Numbered from the stretch's first letter, positions 1 through 9,253 are shown. The stretch: 64,000 nt of DNA from an uncultured Candidatus Saccharibacteria bacterium (GCA_938036825.1 CALHWD010000019.1:8404-72403), one strand, 5' to 3'. Notes: a model not told the origin generated them from the sequence alone. A program made the numbers and translations.

Positions 1-264
1 ACAACACTCAAAGGGCTGGTGCGAACGATCTGCCACAATTACCGCTTGCCATACTTTACGATCAGTCCGAGCTTTAGTGTCTGCAAGAATCATGGCTACC
101 TGCGCGGTGAACATGAGGCGTGCCCGCAGTGTCAGGAGCCGTGTGAGATATATTCGCGAGTGGTGGGTTATTTGCGGCCGGTGCAGCAGTGGAATAAGGG
201 CAAGCAAGCAGAGTTTGCGCTGCGCTACCACTACGACAAAGCAGCCGATACAATCGATGCTTAA
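1..264 (+). CDS. nrdD: anaerobic ribonucleoside-triphosphate reductase, C-terminal fragment (5' end lies outside the window)
   Basis: Frame 1 is open from base 1. Contains TICHNYRLPYFTISP, the Cys cluster CKNHG..CPQC..C, and the glycyl-radical motif SRVVGYLRP. Confidence 0.9.
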   Translation, partial: TTLKGLVRTICHNYRLPYFTISPSFSVCKNHGYLRGEHEACPQCQEPCEIYSRVVGYLRPVQQWNKGKQAEFALRYHYDKAADTIDA

Positions 265-290
265 ATAATTAGGAAGAAGGGAGGATGGTG

Positions 291-983
291 ATGGTTCAGA
301 TCGGTGGTATCCAAAAGTTCAGCACAGTCGACTACCCAGGTCACACCTGTGCGGCAGTCTTCTTGATTGGCTGCAATATGCGCTGCGGTTACTGCCATAA
401 TCCAGAACTCGTCTTACCTGAGCAGTATATTGGCTGTATCCCTGAGGCGGAGATTCTTGATTTTCTTGCGCGGCGGGTTGGCTTGCTTGATGGCGTCGCG
501 ATCAGTGGTGGTGAACCGACGATGAGTGAGGATTTGCCTGACTTCATTCGGGCTATCAAGCAGCTCGGTTTCCTCGTCAAGCTCGATACCAATGGGACCC
601 ACCCGGTGATGCTGCGCCAGATGCTGGATGAGCAACTGCTCGACTTTGTAGCAATGGACATTAAGGGACCACTGGAAAAGTATGTAGAAATTGCCGCGCG
701 GCCAATTGACACCGATGCGATTATGGAAAGTATCGACCTCATTCGAAGCCGAGTCGATCACGAGTTTCGCACGACGATTGTGCGGGGGCAGCTTGAGCCA
801 GCAGACTTCGATGCAGTCGGGCAGATGGTGCACGGTGCACAGCGCTTTGCCCTGCAGCATTTTATTGCAAGTGATACGCTGGTGAGTAGCCGCTTTTGCG
901 ATGAAACGAGCTTTACCGACGAGGAGATGGCCCAGGCTCAGCACATTATGCAACGCTATGTAACAGAATGCGTGGTGCACTGA
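291..983 (+). CDS. nrdG: anaerobic ribonucleotide reductase activating protein (radical SAM)
   Basis: CNMRCGYCHNPE matches the CxxxCxxC radical-SAM motif, and the gene follows nrdD. GGGAGG at 278-284 favours the ATG at 291 over the ATG at 285. Confidence 0.9.
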   Translation: MVQIGGIQKFSTVDYPGHTCAAVFLIGCNMRCGYCHNPELVLPEQYIGCIPEAEILDFLARRVGLLDGVAISGGEPTMSEDLPDFIRAIKQLGFLVKLDTNGTHPVMLRQMLDEQLLDFVAMDIKGPLEKYVEIAARPIDTDAIMESIDLIRSRVDHEFRTTIVRGQLEPADFDAVGQMVHGAQRFALQHFIASDTLVSSRFCDETSFTDEEMAQAQHIMQRYVTECVVH

Positions 984-1669
984 TGCAGTACTATACAGGG
1001 ACAATCCAGCAAGTGATTCAGCATACGCACGATGTAGCAACGCTGGTGTTTGATGCCAAAGGCGACGCACCATTTCGCTATACCGCCGGACAATACATTA
1101 CCGTTATCAAGCCAGAGTCGCGCACGCCTGAGGGTAAGGCATATAGCCTATCGAGTTGGCCCGGCGAAACACATCTGAGTATTACCGTGAAGGATATTGG
1201 CGGTGAGTATTCTCACTACCTATGCAGCCGGCAGGTGGGTGACCAACTAACTTTTTCGGCGGCGTATGGGTACTTTAATCCACTGACAGATCGCCCACTC
1301 GTGGGAATTGCAGCAGGAGTCGGTATTAGTCCAGTGTGGAGCATTATCAAGAGTGAATGCGCGCGTGATTCGCATCGGAATATTCAGCTCATGTATAGCA
1401 ATCGGACCGTCGACGATATTGTCTTTGCGGCCGACCTTGCTGCATATGAGGTGCGCTATCCGCAGCTGTCGCTTCACCACTTCGTGACACGTCAAGCAAC
1501 AGCCCCGCCTAAGATACACCAGGGGCGAATTGACCTCCATACGTGTATCAACCCAGCGGCACACTACCTAGTGTGCGGTTCAGTTGCATTTACGCGAGCG
1601 ATGTGGCAGGGGCTCACTGCGCGCGGTATTGCGAGTAAATGTATTGCAACGGAGGTGTTTTTCGAATGA
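983..1669 (+). CDS. FAD/NAD(P)-binding oxidoreductase, ferredoxin/flavodoxin-NADP reductase-like
   Basis: RYTAGQYITV and KAYSLSS (RxYS-type FAD motif) plus GIAAGVGISP (NAD(P) motif). TGATG overlap with the nrdG stop; an alternative ATG lies at 968. Confidence 0.75.
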   Translation: MQYYTGTIQQVIQHTHDVATLVFDAKGDAPFRYTAGQYITVIKPESRTPEGKAYSLSSWPGETHLSITVKDIGGEYSHYLCSRQVGDQLTFSAAYGYFNPLTDRPLVGIAAGVGISPVWSIIKSECARDSHRNIQLMYSNRTVDDIVFAADLAAYEVRYPQLSLHHFVTRQATAPPKIHQGRIDLHTCINPAAHYLVCGSVAFTRAMWQGLTARGIASKCIATEVFFE

Positions 1670-2175
1670 GTGAGCAGCCTGCCAAAGCACCAACTAAGCG
1701 CTCGCCGGAGGAAATTGCGGCCTGGCAAGAAAATGCGCGGCGGATTGCGCAGGAGCGGATTGGCCAAGCGGCCTGTAATGCATGCCCACTTGCCCGCATT
1801 TGCAGTGTTAAGAATCCCGAAGCCTGCAATCCGAACCAAATTGCTCAGCAAGCTGGTGGAGAATATACTGGTGGCGACAGCGCAGAAGTGTCATACAAGA
1901 AAGTCCTCGACGACGACCGTATCAATGTTGTGATTGCCAATGTCAAGAAGAAGGAGCAACCCAAGCCAAAAGCACAGCGACCTCCTGAAGTACAAAGGCC
2001 CCCAGCTAATACGATCAACATGCCGCCAGCTAACGTTATCAAAGCTCCACCAGCACGTCCGAAGATGGAACAATCGACCAAGCCAACAGTCATCCAGCAG
2101 ATCATCAATGCGGTTGGGAAGTTGCTTGATGTCCCGAAAGCAAATCAGCAGCCTGCTCGACAGATACAAAAGTGA
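1666..2175 (+). CDS. hypothetical protein with an N-terminal 4-Cys motif and a Pro-rich repeat tail
   Basis: ATGA overlap with the upstream stop, with GGAGG at 1651-1655. Contains CNACPLARICSVKNPEAC and repeated PPAN/PPAR segments. Confidence 0.6.
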   Translation: MSEQPAKAPTKRSPEEIAAWQENARRIAQERIGQAACNACPLARICSVKNPEACNPNQIAQQAGGEYTGGDSAEVSYKKVLDDDRINVVIANVKKKEQPKPKAQRPPEVQRPPANTINMPPANVIKAPPARPKMEQSTKPTVIQQIINAVGKLLDVPKANQQPARQIQK

Positions 2176-2233
2176 TCTTAGATGTGGATTAAATCCATCA
2201 CACAAAACTCCCGAGCAGTGGTATAATAGGGGT

Positions 2234-2728
2234 ATGAATGCCATTGTTCGCTTGGTTGCCGATGGGCTTATGATCCCGATTGTCGCTGTAGCTCTTTTTG
2301 CACTGTTTTTTCGTGCACCTCAAGCCCAACGCTACCAACGTTACACGCGTGTATTTATGGCAGGCCTAACATCCTATTGGTGTGCGAAGGTTATTGGTGC
2401 GCTCTGGCAACCCGAGACGCTCCGGCCATTTGAAAAGCTCGGTACCGACCCGGGTGCGCTCTATCTCAATAATCCCGGCTTTCCGTCCGATCACGCACTC
2501 TTTGCGATGTTTCTTACCTTAGCAGTATGGTATGTGACTCGCCGGCGACTACTCACCGTAGCGCTATTTGTTATGACGGTGTTGGTGTGCCTTGGCCGCG
2601 TGGCGGCACTAGTACATACACCGCTCGATGTTGCTGGTGGGGTGGCCGTTGCACTGCTGGGTGCTGTATGGTACGTGCCACATCACAAAAAATTCTGGCG
2701 CAGACTAGCAAAATCGGCAAAAACATAA
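2234..2728 (+). CDS. PAP2 family phosphatase (membrane)
   Basis: PSDH and GRV..H..D PAP2 motifs with several TM segments. TGgTATAAT at 2219-2227 lies 6 nt before the ATG. The longer ORF from 1934 overlaps the previous gene. Confidence 0.75.
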   Translation: MNAIVRLVADGLMIPIVAVALFALFFRAPQAQRYQRYTRVFMAGLTSYWCAKVIGALWQPETLRPFEKLGTDPGALYLNNPGFPSDHALFAMFLTLAVWYVTRRRLLTVALFVMTVLVCLGRVAALVHTPLDVAGGVAVALLGAVWYVPHHKKFWRRLAKSAKT

Positions 2729-2765
2729 TATAATAGCTCCCAGTAAGGAATTGGAGCTAGATAAT

Positions 2766-3416
2766 ATGGACGAACAGATATACGCACGCACCGCTGACCC
2801 AGATGAGGTGGCGGAAGCAGCGCGCCAAGCTAAAAAAGCAAAAACTGCCAAGACGGCGACCATCACCAAGACGGTGCTTGACGATGGGCTCGACCACAGC
2901 CGAGCAATCGATAACCCCTTTGCTCAGGGTGGTGTGCTCGATACATCCGAAGACACCGAGCATTTTGTGAACTTATCATGGCCAGATATGGGGCAGATTA
3001 TGATAGGTGCGGCCATTACTGGCGTGGTGACGAGTGCAGTGTTGCTGCTCGTTGCCAACCTTGGGGTGTTTGGTGCGGTGTGTGGCCTTGGTAGTGCCAA
3101 TCCAGCAAGCTGTGGCACGCCTACATTCTATACAGTCTTGAGCGCAATGGTTGTGGCAGTGATCGTCGGGCTTATATTTTTGGTGCAGCGCCGTGTGTAT
3201 CGTCCCGCTCTCGTTATGCTTGCGACGGCAGTGGGTCTCTGGCCAGTGCTTACGTGGCTAGCAGCATCGTCATGGTATGTCATAGTGCCGGTTATTACGA
3301 TTTTGATGGCACTGAGCATTGGCGTGTTTTCGTGGATCTCGCGCCTGCGCAACCTAGCAGTCACACTTGGTGCAATGGTGGCGATCATTGTATTGATATA
3401 TCTTGCGACACTGTAG
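2766..3416 (+). CDS. hypothetical multi-pass membrane protein
   Basis: Acidic and basic N-terminus followed by 4-5 hydrophobic helices. GGAG at 2753-2756; a TTG alternative lies at 2751. Confidence 0.6.
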   Translation: MDEQIYARTADPDEVAEAARQAKKAKTAKTATITKTVLDDGLDHSRAIDNPFAQGGVLDTSEDTEHFVNLSWPDMGQIMIGAAITGVVTSAVLLLVANLGVFGAVCGLGSANPASCGTPTFYTVLSAMVVAVIVGLIFLVQRRVYRPALVMLATAVGLWPVLTWLAASSWYVIVPVITILMALSIGVFSWISRLRNLAVTLGAMVAIIVLIYLATL

Positions 3417-3717
3417 ATATCTCCAAACTCCACAATAGGTTGCTTGGTGGTCGTTTGCCATGCTCAAATGAAGCGATTTCCATTCTCCCTCTTTTACGCG
3501 GCTCCCTTGTCTGAACTTCAGGTTCTAGCCAACTCTTACGTCACTTCCTTTAGCGAATACATAATAAAAAGGTAATTTCCTGAGAATATCAGACTTCTCG
3601 CGCTAGCGCTTAAAAACTCATTACGACACTTCTACTCCTTGTTCTAAATGAGAGACACACTCACAAGAAGCTGACACGCCCCGCTCAATAAAACATGAGT
3701 GGCTGTTTCTGAGGAAA

Positions 3718-3726
3718 TGCTATACT
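3718..3726 (+). promoter_or_regulatory. extended -10 (TGcTATACT) of the leaderless rmuC
   Basis: 6 nt separate the -10 from the ATG at 3733, with no Shine-Dalgarno. Confidence 0.6.
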
Positions 3727-3732
3727 AGAGAT

Positions 3733-4812
3733 ATGGAACTTTCTCTAGTGCTTGGAATTATTCTTATTGTTGTCCTCGTTGGCTGCGGTGCAGTGCTGAG
3801 TCTGCTGCTGGCGAAGCTTAATGAGCTCAAAGACCAGCAGTCGGTGGCGCTTCTCAAGAGCGACGTGACGGAGTTGTCGCGTACGATAGCCGCTATGCAG
3901 CAGTCGGTTGGGGATAAGCTCGAGCGCTCGGGCGTTGCTATGCAAACGTCAGTCCAGAAGCAGCTCTCCGAGAGTGCTAAGCTGGTGGCCGATGTGACAC
4001 AGCGCCTTACGAAGCTGGATGAGACTAATCGACGCGTCGTCGATGTAGCAGATGAGCTCAAGACACTGCAAAACGTTCTGCAAAACCCCAAGCAGCGCGG
4101 TGTCTTTGGTGAATATTATCTGCAGAGCGTGCTTGAGAATGTATTGCCACCAGCACAGTATCAGATGCAATATCGCTTTGCCGACGGTGAGGCGGTCGAT
4201 GCGGTGATCTTTCTTGACAAAGGGCGGGTGCTGCCGATCGATAGCAAATTCAGCCTCGAGAACTACAACCGGATGATCAATGCCACAAATAAAGACGAGC
4301 GCCAGCAGCTACTCGGCCGCGTTAAGCTTGACCTTAAGCAGCGCATTGACGAAACGAGCAAATATATTCGCCCAAATGAAGACACAATGGACTTTGCCTT
4401 TATGTTTATCCCCAGTGAGTCACTGTATTATGATCTGCTTATCAACAATGTAGGGCAGGGTGGCTCGAGCCGCGATTTGATTGAGTACGCCTTTCGCGAT
4501 CGACGAGTGATTATCGTTAGTCCAACCAGTTTCTTGGCATATTTGCAGACGGTGCTGCAGGGGCTGCGCAGCCTCCAGATCGAAGAACAGGCCAAGGATA
4601 TTCAGCTACGAGTTGGTCAGCTTGCGACGCATATCAAGAAGTTTGATGAATTGCTGGGCAAAATGGGCAAGAGTCTCGCCACAACAGTCGGCCACTACAA
4701 CACAACCTATCGCGAGCTCGGCAAGATGGATAAAGACGTCGTACGTATCGCTGGCGGTGAACGCCAGAGCGAGCCACAGTTGCTCGAACGACCTCAGCGT
4801 GGGGATGAGTAG
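3733..4812 (+). CDS. rmuC: DNA recombination protein RmuC
   Basis: N-terminal TM and coiled coil, with the RmuC nuclease-like core (GVFGEYYL, FMFIPSESLYYD, VIIVSPTSFLAYL). Confidence 0.85.
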   Translation: MELSLVLGIILIVVLVGCGAVLSLLLAKLNELKDQQSVALLKSDVTELSRTIAAMQQSVGDKLERSGVAMQTSVQKQLSESAKLVADVTQRLTKLDETNRRVVDVADELKTLQNVLQNPKQRGVFGEYYLQSVLENVLPPAQYQMQYRFADGEAVDAVIFLDKGRVLPIDSKFSLENYNRMINATNKDERQQLLGRVKLDLKQRIDETSKYIRPNEDTMDFAFMFIPSESLYYDLLINNVGQGGSSRDLIEYAFRDRRVIIVSPTSFLAYLQTVLQGLRSLQIEEQAKDIQLRVGQLATHIKKFDELLGKMGKSLATTVGHYNTTYRELGKMDKDVVRIAGGERQSEPQLLERPQRGDE

Positions 4813-4842
4813 TTTAGTTTTTTCGACAAAGAAAACTCATCA

Positions 4843-5478
4843 CTACTCGGCGTCGTGTATCGAGTAATCTGCTCCATTCTGAATCAAAACTTGCCTATCA
4901 CCCAGGAATATAACATCATCTCGCTCCTGAGTAAGCTTTGCCACTGTCTTGGCAAATGCTGGAGTGTCGGCGTGAGGTAAGATAGTCTTATCAAGCAGTT
5001 TGAGGCCATTCCACACAATGTACTCGGCAAACTCTGGTTTATCGAGCGCAGCAATATGGCGCAAGCTGGCACCAGCGACCACTGCACCAGCACTTGCTCC
5101 ACCGTAGACGACGGCGTCCTCATTGAGTAAGCGGTGTAGTATATCATCAAAGCCAGTCTGTGCCATAGCATCGCGCAACATAAAGGTATTGCCGCCAAGC
5201 ACCCAGATTAAGTCATAATGCTTGAGAGCGAGATATTGATGATCCTTTAGTCTTGGATCAGCGAAGTGCTTTAGGCCAATCACAGCAGGCCTCTTCTCGA
5301 CGCCAAGTGAGCGAAACATCTCCCTCGCCTCAGTGATGCGAAGCATACGAATTCGCCGGATGTAGCAGTCTAGCGCGTTGGGAATCAGTGCAATATTCGT
5401 CTCGGCCGGCTCTTTGCCAATCAATGCGAAGAGCTGGTCTGGTGCAGGAACGGTGCAGGATGATAAATAGAGTCTCAT
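4843..5478 (-). CDS. peptidase S51 family (dipeptidase E-like)
   Basis: MRLYLSS, GGNTFML and GGASAGAVV (catalytic Ser region). The ORF track starts at a GTG (5493); the ATG at 5478 is preferred. Confidence 0.75.
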   Translation of the reverse strand: MRLYLSSCTVPAPDQLFALIGKEPAETNIALIPNALDCYIRRIRMLRITEAREMFRSLGVEKRPAVIGLKHFADPRLKDHQYLALKHYDLIWVLGGNTFMLRDAMAQTGFDDILHRLLNEDAVVYGGASAGAVVAGASLRHIAALDKPEFAEYIVWNGLKLLDKTILPHADTPAFAKTVAKLTQERDDVIFLGDRQVLIQNGADYSIHDAE

Positions 5479-5536
5479 GGAAAAATACCTCACGAGTTAG
5501 GGTTATGTTGATATGAAAGTCGACTTTGAAGCGAAA

Positions 5537-5803
5537 TTACCTGATATCCGTCGTGGTCAGTCTCTCGTGAGTGACCGCTACCTGCTCAAGAATATCATCC
5601 GGCTCAATCGTAATATCGGCGACACGCATAGCGCGTGTTTTTTCTTCTGAAAGTACGTATTTGAATAGTACCGGATATAATCTCTCCTCACGACCTTCAT
5701 GTAGTGTCGCTATTGTAAATCCTCGCGTGAGATTTGTCAAACAGAGGTAGCAATAATCGTAGCAAAAACCACAACGTATTTCGGAGTATAATACATACGC
5801 CAT
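5537..5803 (-). CDS. hypothetical Cys-rich small protein in a low-GC islet
   Basis: The only ORF in a visibly AT-rich stretch. Contains CGFCYDYCYLC. The start is uncertain (TTG 5857 or ATG 5803), and I recognise no family. Confidence 0.3.
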   Translation of the reverse strand: MAYVLYSEIRCGFCYDYCYLCLTNLTRGFTIATLHEGREERLYPVLFKYVLSEEKTRAMRVADITIEPDDILEQVAVTHERLTTTDIR

Positions 5804-5966
5804 ATATTGCTTCTTCGTGCAAAAAATGACCTCTGGCAGATCGATGTGTATGATCAAAATAGACTATCTTACCTGCAAAAAATATGGATAAAGTTATTGT
5901 CTTGTGTTTGGCAAAGCAGAGTAGCTGTGATTAAATAAGAACAGCTAACGAACATAAGGAGGGGAT

Positions 5967-7235
5967 ATGTTGGCAACACGAGCAACAAAACAAGCAAAAG
6001 CTGGCTTGGCGCTTGGGCTCACCATGGCATGCGCTGTGATGGGTACGAGCTTTGCTATGGCGCAGCCAGTATCGGCAGTCGATTATCTGCCGCGTGATGT
6101 ACAGGCGCATTATAAAAAAGTGTGGGGTGATGAATTTGACGGTAATAAACTCGATACGACCAAATGGGCTGTACCGACCGGTTGCTTTGACCTTGCGTCG
6201 GGTATGGAAGGGCGCTTCCAGACAGACATGGTGCGCCAGTACGATGGCAAACTCCATCTCCTCGCGCAGTATGATAAAAATGCTAAACCATGCCAGGCTG
6301 GTCATGCTGCCTTCTCGACAGGGATGGTCAACTCGCACTACCTCAGTGACTGGAAGGACAAAAGTGTCGCCCATGCCTGGGGCCCCGGCACCTACTATGA
6401 GGCGTCTATCAAACTGCCAGAGGGCAACAAGAACGGTGGTGCTCGAGCGACCTGGGCATCATTTTGGCTCACAAGCACAACATTCAACTGGCCAGCCAGT
6501 GGTGAACTCGATGTCTTCGAGTCGCGTGGCTACGATCCAAGCTGGCTGCAAGCCAATATTCATACGCAGCCACGCCAGGGGAATAAAGAGCGTTCACACC
6601 AGCACCAGCACGTTCTCGATCGGAATATTGTCGGCAATACACAAACTACCTTCCATACCTACGGCGTCTTAAACAAGAAGGATGGGACGATCGAATTCTA
6701 CTATGATGGGCGCATGGTACACCGCGTAACACCAGATGATGCAAACTGGCCCTTTGCCAAGGCAGCTAATAAACTCTTTATCCGCTTGAATCACCAGGTT
6801 GGCGGCCTCAATGAGCCATACAAGAAGGCTAGCCCCAAGGATTACGAAGTCGCGAAAGATATGCAGGTCGACTATGTGAGGGTCTACCAAGAAAAGACTG
6901 CTGCTGATAAGCCACAGGATATGGTGGTGAGCGTGCCCGATTGGCGTCTCCGCAACAAGCTCAATCAAGCTATTGCCCAAGTGACCCATACAAAGCGCGG
7001 CGATGCACAGCCCATGCTTGCCTTAGATCTGGAAAAGCTAACTACGCTCGACCTCAGCGCGCGTGATGGCGCAGAGTCGTGGGAGAAAATAAAGAACCTT
7101 GAGGGCATTCAACATGCAAAAAATCTCACCTTTGTTTCTCTCAAAAACACCGAGGTGAATGATCTCACACCACTCAATAACTTGAAGAAACTAAAGAGCG
7201 TTGAGCTGAGCTGGCCGTTGACGATTAATCGGTAG
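5967..7235 (+). CDS. secreted glycoside hydrolase family 16 with a C-terminal leucine-rich repeat region
   Basis: AAGGAGG Shine-Dalgarno, a signal peptide ending AMAQP, the GH16 catalytic ELDVFE (ExDxxE) motif, and C-terminal LxxLxL repeats (LTTLDLS, LTFVSLKNT, LKKLKSVELS). Confidence 0.8.
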   Translation: MLATRATKQAKAGLALGLTMACAVMGTSFAMAQPVSAVDYLPRDVQAHYKKVWGDEFDGNKLDTTKWAVPTGCFDLASGMEGRFQTDMVRQYDGKLHLLAQYDKNAKPCQAGHAAFSTGMVNSHYLSDWKDKSVAHAWGPGTYYEASIKLPEGNKNGGARATWASFWLTSTTFNWPASGELDVFESRGYDPSWLQANIHTQPRQGNKERSHQHQHVLDRNIVGNTQTTFHTYGVLNKKDGTIEFYYDGRMVHRVTPDDANWPFAKAANKLFIRLNHQVGGLNEPYKKASPKDYEVAKDMQVDYVRVYQEKTAADKPQDMVVSVPDWRLRNKLNQAIAQVTHTKRGDAQPMLALDLEKLTTLDLSARDGAESWEKIKNLEGIQHAKNLTFVSLKNTEVNDLTPLNNLKKLKSVELSWPLTINR

Positions 7236-7247
7236 ATTAGCGTACTC

Positions 7248-7285
7248 CATAGAAAATACAGGGCAAATGCCTTGTATTTTCTATG
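7248..7285. terminator. bidirectional hairpin terminator between GH16 and the PNPOx gene
   Basis: 13-bp perfect stem CATAGAAAATACA/TGTATTTTCTATG, extendable by GG/CC. A/T tracts on both sides. Confidence 0.7.
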
Positions 7286-7293
7286 AGAAGGGT

Positions 7294-7749
7294 TTATCTC
7301 TTGAATGCAATTTTTTTGCGGGTATCAATATAATAACCATCGATCGAATCTTCGCTGTTTGTCCAAGCCTCGGTGATGGGCATTGTATACAGACGAGTTG
7401 GTGCTACGCCCGTGCAGTCTGAAGGAGTAAGCTGAAATTGCTGAGCCTTACTGTTATAGATGGCGATTGCTTCAGTGAGTTCGCTATCTACTACTTGACG
7501 AGCGACACCGCGATAGTATAAGCCAACGCCATGACCTTCTGGGGCGGTTGAGTCGTAAATTGTCATAAATACACGGTGGTTATGTTCGATATTTTGTGAG
7601 TGCTGAGCAGCTATTGGTGACCACCAATATACTGCGCCATCTGCATATGCAAAAAACACTGGCGTATTCCACGGCTGACCATCCGGAGAGACAGTCGCAA
7701 GATTTGCGTAGGTGTTGCTATGTAAGAGTGTTTGTGTCGAATGGTTCAT
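7294..7749 (-). CDS. pyridoxamine 5'-phosphate oxidase family protein
   Basis: LATVSPDGQPWNTPVFFAY..AVYWWS, typical of the PNPOx-like FMN-binding split barrel. TATACT lies 6 nt before the ATG at 7749. Confidence 0.7.
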   Translation of the reverse strand: MNHSTQTLLHSNTYANLATVSPDGQPWNTPVFFAYADGAVYWWSPIAAQHSQNIEHNHRVFMTIYDSTAPEGHGVGLYYRGVARQVVDSELTEAIAIYNSKAQQFQLTPSDCTGVAPTRLYTMPITEAWTNSEDSIDGYYIDTRKKIAFKR

Positions 7750-7769
7750 AAATAAAGTATAGTTAACTA

Positions 7770-8174
7770 TCACTTAATAGCTCGCTGAACTTTTGCACGT
7801 TGGCGAGTAAAAGCATGGGGGAGGATATGCTCTATTGCCTGCGGGCCGTTTGTAGTCAAGACAGTAATACCTGGTGCATAATCGTGAAAGATCTGACGGC
7901 ATTTGCCACACATGTCGACAATTTCGATCTTTCTTGTGTCATCATTTTTGCGTACTGCGACGATCGAATCGAAATCGTAAATACCTCGATTAATAGCGAT
8001 TGCCAGTGCGGCTGTCTCGGCACAGACGAAGCCAAGAAAATGGTCGATATTGACTGCAGAGATCACCTCGCCAGATTGGCAACGCAAAGCTGCTGCCACA
8101 GTGTGAACTGGTGGTGTGTGTCGCTCCTCGAGGAGCGCCTGGGCGATGGTAAAAAGCTCAGTGTCGTTATGCAT
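7770..8174 (-). CDS. cdd: cytidine/deoxycytidine deaminase (small homotetrameric type)
   Basis: Zinc motifs CAETAA and MCGKCRQ in a 134 aa protein. Confidence 0.8.
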   Translation of the reverse strand: MHNDTELFTIAQALLEERHTPPVHTVAAALRCQSGEVISAVNIDHFLGFVCAETAALAIAINRGIYDFDSIVAVRKNDDTRKIEIVDMCGKCRQIFHDYAPGITVLTTNGPQAIEHILPHAFTRQRAKVQRAIK

Positions 8175-8209
8175 ATGGTGAACCTTGGTTCTAAAACGAA
8201 TAGACGAGG

Positions 8210-9253
8210 CTAAAACTGCCGCAAGAAATCCAACTTTCCGCTCTCGAAATGCCGCACGTCCTCGATGCCGTATTTCATCATCACCAGGCGGTCGATGCCG
8301 CAGCCAAAGGCAAAGCCGGTGTAGGTATCAGGGTCGATGTTGGCTGCTCGCAGCACATTGGGGTGGATTAAACCACAGCCAATCAGCTCCACCCAGCCTT
8401 CACCGCTACACACCTTACAGCTTGGGTCTTTGCCTTCGCAGAAGGGGCAGCTCAGGGCAAACTCAAAGCTTGGCTCGGTGAAAGGGAAGTAGAAGGGGTT
8501 GACCCGCACATCGAGCTGCTTGCCGTAGTAGCTTTGCAAAAATTCTTGCAAGGTCGCAATCAAGTTGCCGACGTTGACCCCCCTCGCTACATACACGCCC
8601 TCCACTTGGTAGAAGGTGTGCTCGTGCCGGGCATCCAGGTCCTCATTGCGGAAGACGCGGTCGGGTACGATGGCAGCAATGGCCTCGCCTGTGTCCAGCT
8701 TATGGTGATAGGTGGTCAGGACGCGGTTTTGCATGGTGCTGGTGTGAGCCGGTGCAATCAGGCGGTCGCCCTGCGCGTCTGTCTCGACGGTCATGAAGGT
8801 GTCGTAATCATCGCGGGCGGGGTGGCCTTTGGGGAAGTTGAGGCTCTCGAACATATGGAACTGATCATCGATCTCGCGCGACTCTTCTACTGCAAACCCC
8901 ATGCGGTAGAAGATATCAGTAATCCGCTCGATCTCTTGCATTAATGGATGCGTTGAGCCCTGGTTTGTTGGTAGTAATGGGGGAATAGCCGTGTTGATGT
9001 CCATTGGCGCAGTGACGTCAATCGGTGTGCGCTCGACGGTCTCGAGTTCCTCGAGGCGGCGCTCGATGGCGGCTTGCACAGCTTGCTTGAGCTCATTAAC
9101 ACGCTTGCCAAATGGCCCACGCTCCGCTGGGGGGAGTGATGTGATATGTCTATACAGCGCGCGCAATTCCTCGTGGCGCAGCACTTCGCGCGGGGTGGTC
9201 GATTGGCTCACGGCCAGAAGCAGCTTTTGCTGGATAGCGTCAAGGTCTGTCAT
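8210..9253 (-). CDS. pheS: phenylalanine--tRNA ligase alpha subunit
   Basis: Class II core motifs (FPKGHPARD, FRNE, GFAFGCGIDRL) in a 347 aa protein. Confidence 0.95.
   Translation of the reverse strand: MTDLDAIQQKLLLAVSQSTTPREVLRHEELRALYRHITSLPPAERGPFGKRVNELKQAVQAAIERRLEELETVERTPIDVTAPMDINTAIPPLLPTNQGSTHPLMQEIERITDIFYRMGFAVEESREIDDQFHMFESLNFPKGHPARDDYDTFMTVETDAQGDRLIAPAHTSTMQNRVLTTYHHKLDTGEAIAAIVPDRVFRNEDLDARHEHTFYQVEGVYVARGVNVGNLIATLQEFLQSYYGKQLDVRVNPFYFPFTEPSFEFALSCPFCEGKDPSCKVCSGEGWVELIGCGLIHPNVLRAANIDPDTYTGFAFGCGIDRLVMMKYGIEDVRHFESGKLDFLRQF

Noticed and set aside
414-1073. 219-aa ORF antisense to nrdG
   Set aside because: It lies entirely opposite a strongly supported radical-SAM CDS. 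It has no Shine-Dalgarno or promoter, and its composition is typical of antisense frames in GC-balanced genes.
1934-2233. N-terminal 100-codon extension of the PAP2 ORF
   Set aside because: It overlaps the 1666-2175 gene in another frame, and the translation is Arg/Ser-rich nonsense. A TGgTATAAT -10 sits 6 nt before the internal ATG at 2234.
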